In this document: positions 1 to 11,075 of the stretch, in pieces
How positions within the stretch are numbered: position 1 is the first letter of the stretch
How the letters are laid out: each line of letters starts with the position of its first letter
NCBI RefSeq assembly: GCF_001194135.2
Contig: NC_068997.1
Span: 54,888,099-54,952,098, forward strand
Reading direction: 5' to 3'
Origin: Octopus bimaculoides
Lineage: Eukaryota
DNA length: 64,000 nt
Translations under genes and position numbers: made by a program
Notes under the pieces: generated by a model
What the model was told of the DNA's origin: nothing
The model's database searches: none
Seen by the model: the letters and a program-made list of their open reading frames with translations, nothing else

Positions 1-370
1 AAATGTAAACAGCTTTATAAGGTCGATCTATAGGATTGTGGACAGTATCCGAGATCAAAGATAAACTCTAAATAAAGTTAGTGTGTGATGTTCTGGGCGT
101 CATTGTTACCAAAAACAATACCCTCTTTTAGAATAGCCTGAAAATAAGAAAAGGAATCACGATAGAACAAAATAGCTTTCATATATAATGCCACAAATTG
201 ATAAAATATTTATCAAGATGCTATTTTAGGCATTTAAAACATTTCAAACCCACAAACCTATTGGGTATTTTCTTTTTTGAGTTTTTGGTTCTTGTTTTGT
301 CTCTAAGTAGATTTTAGTTCTTCTTTATATAATACTTTCTACTAATTCTATCAACAACTTTTGCATCCAG

Positions 371-1140
371 TTGCCATCTCTTTTATGTGTAATAAATGTT
401 TGGCTATTCAATAATCTTGTCAACAGCTTCTGTGTTCAACCTTCATCTGCTTCATGTTCTCCTGCATTACTTCAAATATTTGCAGATGACTTTTTTCTGA
501 TACTCTTCAATCTGGCATTTCATTTCCATAATATTCTTCAATACAGCTCAGCTGTTCATAAAATTCCCACTTATTGTTTCCACACACTCTGCATTTCTTT
601 TTCTGACTTTATTGTTCTATTTATTATCCGTAACTATCTTCCCAATCTTTTCCTTCTTCACCTTAGTTCTTCATTTTATTTCTTCTTTTACAGTTTGTTA
701 TCTTCACATTTTGTCATGACCTATATTTCCTATGGAACGCTTCTTGTTTTTGATGGTTTTCATCCTGAGGAAAGCTAACTTCAAATTTGTTTCACTTCTT
801 TTATCCCTTCAGCCTCCTTTCCAACTACACTTCCGTTTTATCTGATTTCCTTCTGTAATCACTGTATAATATTTTTGTAACATGTTCACATTCACACAAT
901 ATAACAGATCGTTGATATCACTATAGATTTTTTTTTTAATGCTGACAAGACTAATCTGGCCATCTTGATTCCCCTTAATGATGCCAACCTTTCTAGCTGT
1001 ATGTTCTCTAGTTATTCCATTATTTCCTAATTCATTTATAACTTTTTCTTCACATCTCTGAATATTCTAAAACTTGCCATTTATATTCATTAGTAGTCTT
1101 TGCTTTTTTTCCTCTTCCTCCTGTGTCACTGTTTTCCTGA
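371..1140 (-). mobile_element. Possible highly decayed LINE ORF2 remnant
   Basis: The minus strand is strongly A/G-rich with Lys/Glu-rich broken frames, typical of LINE coding strands. No diagnostic motif was recovered. Confidence 0.25.
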
Positions 1141-2759
1141 CATTGGACATTTCCTTTTCATCCTAAAACCTGTCGGCGGTGGTGGCAGCAGTACTAGTAG
1201 TGATAATAACGATGATGATTTTTGACCTAGATGCATGGCCAGTAATTTTGGTGAAAGGTAAATTAGTTGATACCATAGTCTAGACCTTGATTGGAATTTT
1301 ATTGACCTCCCTCATGTCAACCACTACTGTTTCTCCCTCCCCTCCATTCTCCCTCATATATCCATCTACCTGCACACAATATACTTCCTCTCCACCTCTA
1401 GCTCCCATCTCCTTTTGAAATCTTGTGAACTAACCCACCTACCCACCCTTTCCAATCCCCACTTCACTATATACACCACCCTGTAACTTGGGTATATAGC
1501 CCCTGCCCCACTTTCTGTTACATCTTCACTATCTCCCCACTCTCCATCTGAAGTAAGCTGTCTCTCTCCTCTAATGCAAGACGCCTTCTCTATCCCACAA
1601 TCCTTCTATTCAGCATATTCCCCCTCTCAGATTCACACACTTATTGCAGTGGTCCTTCGGTTTTTCTAAGCCCTGTAAAAAAAACTCAGAAGGTAGGACC
1701 TCTAACCAGGCCTTTTGCAATACCCTTAAAACCTGGAACTTTTCAGCACTCCTTGTTTACAGGGTGACTTGAGATGAAAGAGATATGCTTATAAATGTGC
1801 CCTAAAAATATTTGCGATATTTACTTTTTGGAAGTGATGAGCTGTTGGCTTTGAGTAATCAGAGTTAATTTCTACCTGACATATTCTCAATATATAATTA
1901 CTTTAGCGGGGAAAGAAAATGAGGATATTTTAGTATATTTCTGATATATATTTAGCATTTAGAAAATAATTAACATTCCCACCTGTTTTGGAGGTGAAAC
2001 GAACACTTTGTAAGTGATAGGGTAATAACACTTATAAAATATCTGTATTTGGGACAGAAATAGTTGGGTAGTTTATATTAGGCAGCACCAGTTGAATAAC
2101 ATGTATTATGGCAATTAATATTAAAAGTTATTATATCAAGATTTTAATAACAATATATAATGGGGTTTCATACTGGCATAACATCATGATATAAATAGCA
2201 GTATGCATGATAAAGCGGTTATTACATCAGGATCTAAATATCAGAATGTGTTACGATGTTTTAATCTGAAAGTGATTATATTATGATTTAAATAAGAAAA
2301 TGTATAATGGAGTGTAAATAAAACCTTTCACATCATGATTTAAATAATATTATCATGGAGTTTTGTACTGGAAGTTATTACATATTTTTAAGGAATAAAT
2401 TATCAACTTGTTGAACTGAACTTTGCCAAATATTTAATCAATTCCTCCAGAATCTTCCAACATTGACAATTTTATGACATTTTATGTTTATAAAATGAAG
2501 ATTGAGATTTTTAATATTAGCACGAAAACTTAACACTTGTATATTTGAATTATGAGAAGTTTAAATTATATTATAATTACTTACTGAATATTGTATGTGC
2601 AGGAAAATATGATCTTTACATAAAGTAATCTTATTATAATTTATAATGAATAAAATGAACTGAAAGGAAATGTCTCAAAACTCACATAGAAAAGATAAAG
2701 GATTGCCAAAACAATATTCTTCAACAAGTAACTGTTTATATTAGCAGCCATTTCTTATT

Positions 2760-2973
2760 ATCAGAATGGTTTGAGTGTTGAAGAAAATGCCATGCTGCTT
2801 GTCTTTCAGTTCCTTGCTTTCTGAGTTCAAATTACACTGAGGTCAACTTTGCCTTTCATCCCTCCAGGATTAATAAAGTACCAGTCATGTACCTGCTTTG
2901 ACAAAACATAACCTTCACCCCGCCCCACCTCAAAATTGTTGGTCTTATGCCTAAATTACAAACCATTATTATT
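2760..2973 (+). mobile_element. tRNA-derived SINE, family C (degenerate)
   Basis: ttctgagttcaaattacactgaggtcaactttgcctttcatccc...taaagtaccagt is the reverse complement of the better copies at 53165-53378 and 56320-56536; B-box-like gagttcaaat present. Confidence 0.7.
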
Positions 2974-4476
2974 GTTTACACTAAATTTCTTTATTTTCTT
3001 TGTCAAAGTAATTATTTAGAAAGTCATTGTTTTCTTCTGCTGTCCCTAATTAGTGTTGGCATCAATTTCAGTTGGTTTTTATTTGAAGTTCTCAGATTAT
3101 GTTTATATTTCAAATCACCAAACAAAGAAAAAATGCTGATGGCCCTACTTTATTATGCTGTTTAATCAGATGTAATTAAAAAAAAAGTTCAAAAGTATCT
3201 TAGAAATTGGGCAGCATCAATTAATACAATGCTAATTAGAGCTTATATGAAAACACAGAGCTCAAACATTTTTCTGACAGCAATTTCAAAGGTAGTTATA
3301 CGTTCCTTTAAGAAAAGAGAGAAAAAAAACCCACTAAAATAATAAATTTGAAAGACATTTGTGTTTTGAGCTCCCTTATCAATCTGCAATTAAAAAAACA
3401 TAAAAAACAGGTATGATATTTGGATGGTAGTTATGATTCATGTCAATGCCATTGCTATTTTATAATTAACATAAATTAAAATTACTACAAAATTTAAAAG
3501 TGACATAAATTTTTCTATTCTTAATTCTAAAAGTAAATTTGATTCACATTCAGCATAGCAATTATCTGCAGTGTTATTTTAAAATTTCAAAATTCAGTTA
3601 AAAATAATTGCTGATACTTCTTAACTGAATAGTATACCAACGAAAAGCAAGTTTTACTGCCAGAAATATTAGAAGACCTGAAATATAGCTAATGAATCAT
3701 TTTTGTTTTAATTATTCAGAGTATATTGTAGTGATCTTTAAATAAATGGTTTGTGTATAGAGTGGGTTGGATTAAGCCGTCTGCCGCCAATGCTTCTATA
3801 GTACAAACTTCCTGTATTAGACTTATTGAAATGAAAAGCTTCCCTCAAAATTTCATGTTAAATTCTCTTTCAAACACCAAGTAAATTATGACACCCATAT
3901 ACATTTGACTCTTGATTGTAATAGCTTCATTGCTTTATATATAAATCTATCTGTCTGTCTGTATCTATCTCTCTCTCTATACATACATATTTATATGCAC
4001 ACACTTATATATGTGTGCATATACATATGTTAAATTGATTGTGTTTCAAATCAAGATGTCTAAGGAAGTGAATGAATTGCTCAGATATGGATGTGATATA
4101 TCTTGAAAGGTTGATCAAGTTGGAAAACTGGGAAAGTGGTTTCATGACATCCTAAAAGACAGATGACAGGCTGTAGCAGCCATTCAAGCCCTCTACCTTT
4201 ATGGCTGATGATATGTGCATCTCTGATCATGAGTAGTGGAGAAGCATCATAGCCATGTGTTAAGAGGGATTCTTTGAGGTTTGAATAATTCACATCTATA
4301 AACATGGTTGTTTCATTCATCATCCTTAAACAAACCTTATTCAGGGATCTTTTGAGCTGGATGAGCTACATGGTCTGAAAAAAATTCTAGAAAGTAAGGA
4401 TGGATAAAATGTTACTAAGCATTTTGTTTGACTTGTTATCAATTCTGACAGCTTGCTACCTTAATGATAATAATAC

Positions 4477-4671
4477 TGTGTTTGTCCCCACAACATCGCT
4501 TTGATAACTGATGCTGGTGTGTTTACATCCCCGTAACTTAGCAGTTCAGCAAAATAGACCGATATAATAAGTACTAGGCTTACAAAGAATAAGTCCTGGG
4601 GTTGATTTGCTCGACTAAAGGCAGTGCTCCAACATGGCTGCAGTCAAATGACTGAAACAAGTAAAAGAGTA
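4477..4671 (+). mobile_element. SINE family A, 3' half
   Basis: tgtttgtcccc...cttagcagttcagcaaaa...gcagtgctccaacatggctgcagtcaaatgactgaaacaagtaaaaga is homologous to the copies at 8702-9077 and 63067-63413. Confidence 0.8.
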
Positions 4672-4694
4672 TGTTGCTGCTGCAAGATTCAAAC

Positions 4695-4950
4695 ATAAAG
4701 GTTGTTCCTGTGTCATTGAAGCGTTGGGTTCAACACCACCCAAACTGAAGAAGCCTCTGGACACTTTAAAAATACCCTACAATCTTGGTGTATTGCAAAA
4801 ATCGGTTTTACTTGGAACTGCATAAAGTACTGTCTGTCTGAGGTCCTTGTTGTGACAGTATAAAACCCCCAGTTTACACAATATCATCAATTTACAACAT
4901 CACAATTTTGGATCCTGTGCAGGTTTGGTCAACATCATCATCACCAATAA
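4695..4950 (+). mobile_element. R4/Dong-like (restriction-like endonuclease) non-LTR retrotransposon, 5'-truncated 3' end
   Basis: With one frameshift it reads KVVPV(V)IEALGSTPPKLKKPLDTLKIPYNLGVLQKSVLLGTA...KVLSV*. This matches the conserved C-terminus of R4-clade ORFs (VVPVVIGALG...LQKxxLLGTAxILRKVL) and is followed by a short 3' UTR. Confidence 0.75.
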
Positions 4951-5589
4951 TAAAGACTAATTTCCATAATATAGAGTTAATAGATTTTAGAGAAATTCAA
5001 ACTCAGTGTAAAGGTGCATGAAGTATTGAAAATATAAATTTGAATTACTTGATATTAGAAAGTTGTCGAGAGAATAAAAGTGGTGTAGAAGAGAACATGT
5101 AATAAAGTATTGTAGAGAAGTAAATTTAAATTTGACACAAATTCATTGATGAGTTGACAGGTGTTACCTGAGTTAGTAAGAATTTATTGACAAAATATAT
5201 TCCAAAGAATTTGAAACCTATCAGCCAAAATATAATGGAGAATAAGACTTAACAATGATCACATTTTGTTAGAAAGTTAATAGAAGTACTACTAAGAAGA
5301 TCTCTCAGGTGGTGGTGGGGGAAATCTGGAATTATTGAAACAGAAGTTTATTGTGAAATGTATACCCAGCAATGGAGTATTCAGCATTCTATTAAAACTG
5401 ATTGGCTCTAGAGTTACATATTGTCATCACCTCAAAAATCATATTATGAAAAGAAAACAAAAATTGATTAGTAATATTTCACTTTGTAGATGATCATATT
5501 GCAAATAGGAAATCAGAGTGAAAATATTTAATGTAAATGAAGTGTTAGAATTGTATATGTGTGGAGGGAAGGCACATGTAACTTTGCAT

Positions 5590-5720
5590 ATAGGGTGTTG
5601 GTCTCTCAATCAGAAAGTCGTTGGTTCAATTTCTAGATTGAGTGGTGCATTGTGCCCTTAAGCAAGGTATTCATTTCATGTTGTTATAATTTTACTCAAC
5701 TAGAAATGAGACCCAGCTCA
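5590..5720 (+). mobile_element. Degenerate SINE family B head
   Basis: ggttcaatttc B-box followed by cattgtgcccttaagcaagg, as in the copy at 13709. Confidence 0.5.
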
Positions 5721-6583
5721 GAGCTGGTGAAAACTTTTTCTCTCTCCAGCTTGACACATCCTTGATGTTTCACTGGGATGGGGATTGAGAAGGCTGAGTT
5801 AGTGTCTTTGTCTGCTCTCAACTACAGCAATGTATGTAAAGCAATTAGCAGTAGTGTGGTGTGTGCTGCCCAGTCATGCTTGTGGGTGCCAGTTTAGTAA
5901 TATGTTTAGTTTTCCATGCAACTACATCAGACAACTATCAGACATGTTTTCACCCTATTCTCACTTCCTCAGCAAAGACTAGGCAACTTGTACTTCCCAA
6001 AAGAGTAATGACTGAATCACTAAATATACACAAGACTGTACATTTACTTATGTTCTACACATGTGTTACAGTCTTTGGCAATTGACCTTTTTAAAATTGC
6101 ATTTGATATGTTCATGAAAGTGATTTTTCCATTTGGTTATGTTTTTTAATATTTTGCCACTAAAAAAATAGATTCATCTTTTTAAAATTGAACTTCTAAA
6201 ACCATTTTATAATTTAACTAATTGTCCTATGAAAACATTTTATTGACCAAAAACTACTCACATAGGTACAGAATTGCAAGCAGTTACCTCAACAATGGTA
6301 CCTTTACTCAACTATCGGAGGCACTTTTACTGAGTCCAACTACGAATCTCTATATGGTGGCTACACTTGTTAGAAATAGCTGCAAAGTCTCCCTCAAATC
6401 ACTTGATAGATAATATAATCCCCAATACAACACTTGTCAAAATAAAATAAATATTTTCTGCTGGAATGTAGACATAGCTGACCCAGGGTCAAACAACAAC
6501 ATTGCACACTTGTTCAATACACTTCAAAGTAATGTTTCCTGTTACAGTGAAATGGAAGGAAAATAAAGGATGTTATCACTTAC

Positions 6584-7259
6584 TTTAGAGGAACAAGTCT
6601 TCCATGTCGCCCAAGACAACTTATATCCCTTTCCTGGTATCCAATGTTATGATGAAATCTTTGTTTATGAACTGAATTTTTAGTGTGAATTTCCATACAT
6701 TTTCTCCATGGTCCAATTTTAAATGTAAAAGAATCGATGCATTTTGGACAAGGTCTCATCTCAGAAAGAACAGGACAAGGTTTACCACCAGCAAAAGGAG
6801 GAACCACCACAGTTCGCGTTCTTGTTTTATTGATGAAAGTACAAGAATCACAAGAACTCCAGTTTGAAAATTCACTAACTATACAGTCCTGCGGGCAATA
6901 GACCTGACAATCTCTTTCCGTTTTGGGTTTTCTAAGGAAGTAACTACACACATCATCATCCCTTACTTTTTTGTCTTTCACTGAGAAACATTTGACAGTT
7001 CGAGTCTGAAGACCCACCTGCCTTTTACAGACTAATGTTGGCAAAAATGGTTTACATTTCCCCCATGGACTAAGTTCCCAGTTGAAATTATTTTTGTGAT
7101 GACTACAAGGTTTATAACAGTTTTCCTGTGTTGCCGGTCTGTGGATGTTATCGCATCTTGCTATATCCACTGTTTCTCCGTAAACACCAACACATTTCAA
7201 AGTCCGCGTTTTTGTTCCATTTTCGCCACACCAACGATGTTCACATGGGCTCCATTCAC
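6584..7259 (-). CDS. THSD7A: Internal coding exon of a thrombospondin type-1 domain-containing protein 7 (THSD7A/THSD7B-like) gene; N-terminal tandem TSP1 repeats
   Basis: Minus strand reads ttttattttctag|GT GAA TGG AGC CCA TGT (acceptor AG at 7261-7260) and ends CCT CTA AA|gtaagt (donor at 6583). Length is 676 nt, phase 1 in and phase 2 out, open throughout. Translation (x)EWSPCEHRWCGENGTKTRTLKC...ENCYKPC...FNWELSPWGKC...GLQTRTVKC...DDVCSYFLRKPKTERDCQVYCPQDCIVSEFSNWSSC...RTRTVVVPPFAGGKPCPVL...KIGPWRKC...IGYQERDISCLGRHG aligns motif by motif with my recollection of vertebrate THSD7A exon 2 (QDCIVSEFSAWSEC, RTRHVVAPPQFGGSGCPNL, IGYQTREVMC). The A versus B paralog cannot be assigned; this is probably the single invertebrate co-ortholog. 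Confidence 0.92.
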
Positions 7260-7786
7260 CTAGAAAATAAAAAAAATAATAATTTTCATTTATTTTAGAA
7301 TTACCTCTGACTTCATACTAAAGGCTATGAATGTCAAATGCACCAGGTTTTTAAATTGGCATCAACAAATTCTGTTGGTTATTTATATTAATATATAATA
7401 TACTAAAATAAATTCAATGTGTTTAATATTCAATGATTAGCATAAATCAATGCTTGTCTTCTATAATTAAATGCCATTTTTCTGGGCCAAATTCTAAAAA
7501 TTCAAAGTGGATGAAGTTAATATCTCAGGTAGTGGTACTGATGCAAGTAGAGCAACAGGTTTGAATGTACAACTAAAATAAACAAACTGTAAAAAAATTT
7601 CAAACTTTAGAGATGATATTTAAAAATGATTCTAGGTGAATTTCAAAAATGAAATATAAACTGAAAATTTCAGAAAGAGAAACGAAGTAACTTCTAATAA
7701 ATTCGAAAGTTGAAATCTGTTACATTTCGTGCTTTTTCTTTTTCTGTTCCAAATAACAACACCAATATGGCTGGCTCTTATCTTCC

Positions 7787-8014
7787 AATTCTTTTGATAG
7801 TAACCCACTTGAGACTATCCTTGGTTCTATGATACAAAATTCATGTTTTAAAATGATCAAAATTAAAACTTCCCATTAAAATTTCATGTTCATTTATGTT
7901 GCAAGCACTAACTTAATAATGACAAAGTTATTTGGCTAAATTCTTCATTATATTTTAAATTAATTGAAATAAAGGCAGCGAATTTCAACAGAAATGGGAT
8001 AATAAAAATGTTAA
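7787..8014. mobile_element. piggyBac-like (TTAA) MITE, decayed
   Basis: Ends ...aataaaaatgttaa and begins aattcttttgatagtaaccc. The internal sequence (acaaaattcatgt...aaaatttcatgtt) is similar to a fragment at about 3770-3900. Confidence 0.45.
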
Positions 8015-8701
8015 CCCTTTTGTTAACCCAATCAGCGAGTTCAAACCTGCTATTTATAATTCTTCTTATAGGATGAAAATAATTTTGCAGAACAAACTTC
8101 ATTTCTGACAGATTGTTTAGTGTGGAAATAAACAATATCCCAAAGGAATTCCTCCCATTAATTTCTGTAGCCAGATGAGGCTTGTAAGTGTGAAGGAATT
8201 AGAAATTATGGCTATTACGAAAATACATCAAAGGTGAAATAAATTTTGTGTATTGATCTTTTATTTCTGAATGTCTGCAAACCTTTGGACTATTTTCATT
8301 GAAGTTAAAGAATTTTTTTATAAATTTCAGATAGTGAAATATTAAGAAGATTTCATGCTATTAAACCTATCACAAACTAGAATTCACAGAGTCCTCATCC
8401 TTTCATAGTTCTCAACGTCTGACATCTTATATGTACATAGCTGTTTATAAATTGGATTACTAGTGAATCAATATATAATTCCTGATTGATATTGTAATTC
8501 TACATTTGGCACTAAATTCCACAATGCAATGTTTTTTTTTTTTTATTTGTTATTGGTTTTTATAATCTGTCTCTGGGACATTAATTAAAAGATTTGCATA
8601 AAATAAGTCTCAAGGAGACAATTTCAGAACAAGTTCATGAAGATGTGCAAAATTGATTTGCAGGATAAATGAGGTTTAGAGAGTGAATGGTTTCAAATGT
8701 A

Positions 8702-9077
8702 TCTTTTATCCTTTACTTGTTTCAATCATTGGATTATGGCCATGCTGGGGCACTGCCTTGAAGAATTTTTAGTTGAATGAAACAATACCAGTACTTATTT
8801 TTTTTTAAGCCTGGTACTTATTCTATCAGTCTCTTTTGCTGAACTACTAAGTTACAAGCGTGTAAATACACCAACGACCAGTTGCCAAGCAGTGTAGGGG
8901 ACAAACATACACACACACACATATCAGCTAGTCTTTTTCCAATCTACCAAATCCACTCACAAGGCTTTGGTCAGTCTGAGGCTATAGTAGAATACACTTG
9001 CCCAAGGTGCCATGCAGTGTGACTGAACCCAGAACTATGTGCTTGGGAAGCAAGCTTCTTACCACACGACCATGCCT
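8702..9077 (-). mobile_element. Full-length tRNA-derived SINE, family A
   Basis: The reverse complement begins aggcatggtcgtgtggtaagaagcttgcttcccaagcacatagttctgggttcagtcac (A/B-box-like head), continues ggcaccttgggcaagtgtattctactatagcc, has an internal (GT)n, and ends gattgaaacaagtaaaggataaaaga. Confidence 0.85.
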
Positions 9078-10894
9078 GCACATGAGATATTTTCAATATT
9101 CAATGAAATACAATGTTAATTTAGAAAGATGCATTCTTGAAAAATCAGCCAAGGTGTAAATTATCAATGTTGCAAGTCAACATCATCATCATCATCATCT
9201 CATATCCGTCTTTCATGCTGTGTTTGTTGTTATTGGTGAATTAGTATAGTTGTGTTTCCTTTCAGAGGATTGCATCTAAAAATAGATATTAAACTGTTAC
9301 ACTGATGCACCCAAGGACAAATAGTGTTATGTGGATAGAGACAGTGATGTCATCATTATTCAGTAAATGTTCATACTTTCTATCTCTCCCTCATTTCTTT
9401 TCTTTAATTACACATAAACACTGGCTACATTTTTGTTGTTTTGTCAACATTTACTTCTGAAATATGTTGATTAAGTAATATAAAGTTAATTAAATGTTTT
9501 TTAATAATCAAATAGGAAGGTTATTTCATGAACCTGATTAATAATATAGAGAGTAAAGTGTGGAAACTGAGAAAGAAATGAAATTTATAATATAAATTAA
9601 TGGAGAATCTCTAACAAACCATTATGATGACATTAAGAACAATGTTTGGAAATAATGTAAGAAGGTATATAAAATGAGAAAAACTAATTAGAATTGTGGA
9701 TTCACCTTGCAATAATGGGCCATATTTTTGTTTTGTTTTTAGCATAATTATCAATTATTTTCTGCCTTATGTGTTGTTGTCTCACTCTTAGCTTGCAGCT
9801 TCTATTTGTAAGCTACCATCTCTCAATCACACTTATACACTATTGATTTTAAAATATATGATGTTAAGCTTCTCATATATATATTACTGCCTTATAGTGA
9901 ATGGCTTTCTTAAGGATTTGAATATGCCCCAAGCATATTTGAACTGGTAACAAATTTGTGTTTATACACATCACTGCTCACCATTTCCATTCTGTATTTT
10001 ATTTATGGTATGCCACCGATTAGTGCAACCACTCACAGTATGATGATAGGAATATATTAGAAGGTATTTATTTCTTGAAAGTTCATAGCATTCCCTGCTT
10101 TCTGGCATCTGATGCAAAAGAGGAGATAGCCACTCCAAAATGCATGTATCCATCAGTGTGGTTAGAGGGCATTTCAAACTGATTTGATGTGTTTACACCT
10201 ATTTATCTACAGCAAGGAATTTTTTCTGTGACAAAATACACTGAATGACTTTCTTACTTTTTCAAATATGCCTGAAGCATATTTGAATGGATAACAAGTT
10301 TGTATTTATATGCATCACTGCTTAGCACTTCTGTTCCATATATGTGTGTGTGTGTGTGTGTTACTTCTGTCTCTTCTCTAATAGACCTTCCCTAGCATAA
10401 CTTGTATTCCATACATTCACTTCTATTGACACTTTCAGTTTATACACCACTCTATCTCTATGTAAGCAAGTGTGTCTTACTGGATTGAAAGAACCAGAGA
10501 AGAAAGAGAGGGATGTAGTCAAGTGTTTCCTTATATATGAGAGATTAAACTTAATGATATCTAAACATCATTTTACAAGAAAAAAGAATTATTAAAATTT
10601 GGTACAATTTGTTGTTTTATTTCTTTTTAATCAAAATTAAAGACAGTAATTACAGTTGTGGATTGACGTTGCAACTTTGAGTAGAGTAACTGAAGATTAA
10701 AATATTCACTTATTGTTTCCAGCTGTGATCAACCTTTCTTTATTTTAGTGTCTGCCTTCAAAAACAATAACACCAGCCCTCATATTTACTGAATCAATGA
10801 AGTCACTTTGTGTTTTAATTTGAAACTTCAACTCGTATATTTGTAATATAGCTGAAGTTTCAACATAATATATGGATGATTAATATATTATATA

Positions 10895-11075
10895 ATCATG
10901 GCACTCCGTCGGTTACAATGAAGGTTCCAGTTGATCTGATCAACGGAACAGCCTGCTCGTGAAATTAACATGCAAGTGGCTGAGCACTCCACAGACACAT
11001 GTAACCCTTAACGTAGTTCTCGGGGAGATTCAGCGTGACACAGAGTGTGACAAGGCTGGCCCCTTTAAATTACAG
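10895..11075 (-). mobile_element. SINE family B 3' body (shared with 40034-40360)
   Basis: ttccagttgatc...gaaattaacatgcaagtggctgagcactccacagacac...gtgacaaggctggccc closely matches 40060-40200. Confidence 0.75.

Noticed and set aside
6580-6583. In-frame stop just inside the intron (AAG TAA) suggesting a truncated secreted isoform
   Set aside because: This is the ordinary consequence of a gtaagt donor, and no nearby poly(A) signal was seen.
8702-9077. tRNA-like A/B boxes in the SINE heads as real tRNA genes
   Set aside because: No complete cloverleaf; each is fused to a repeated SINE body.
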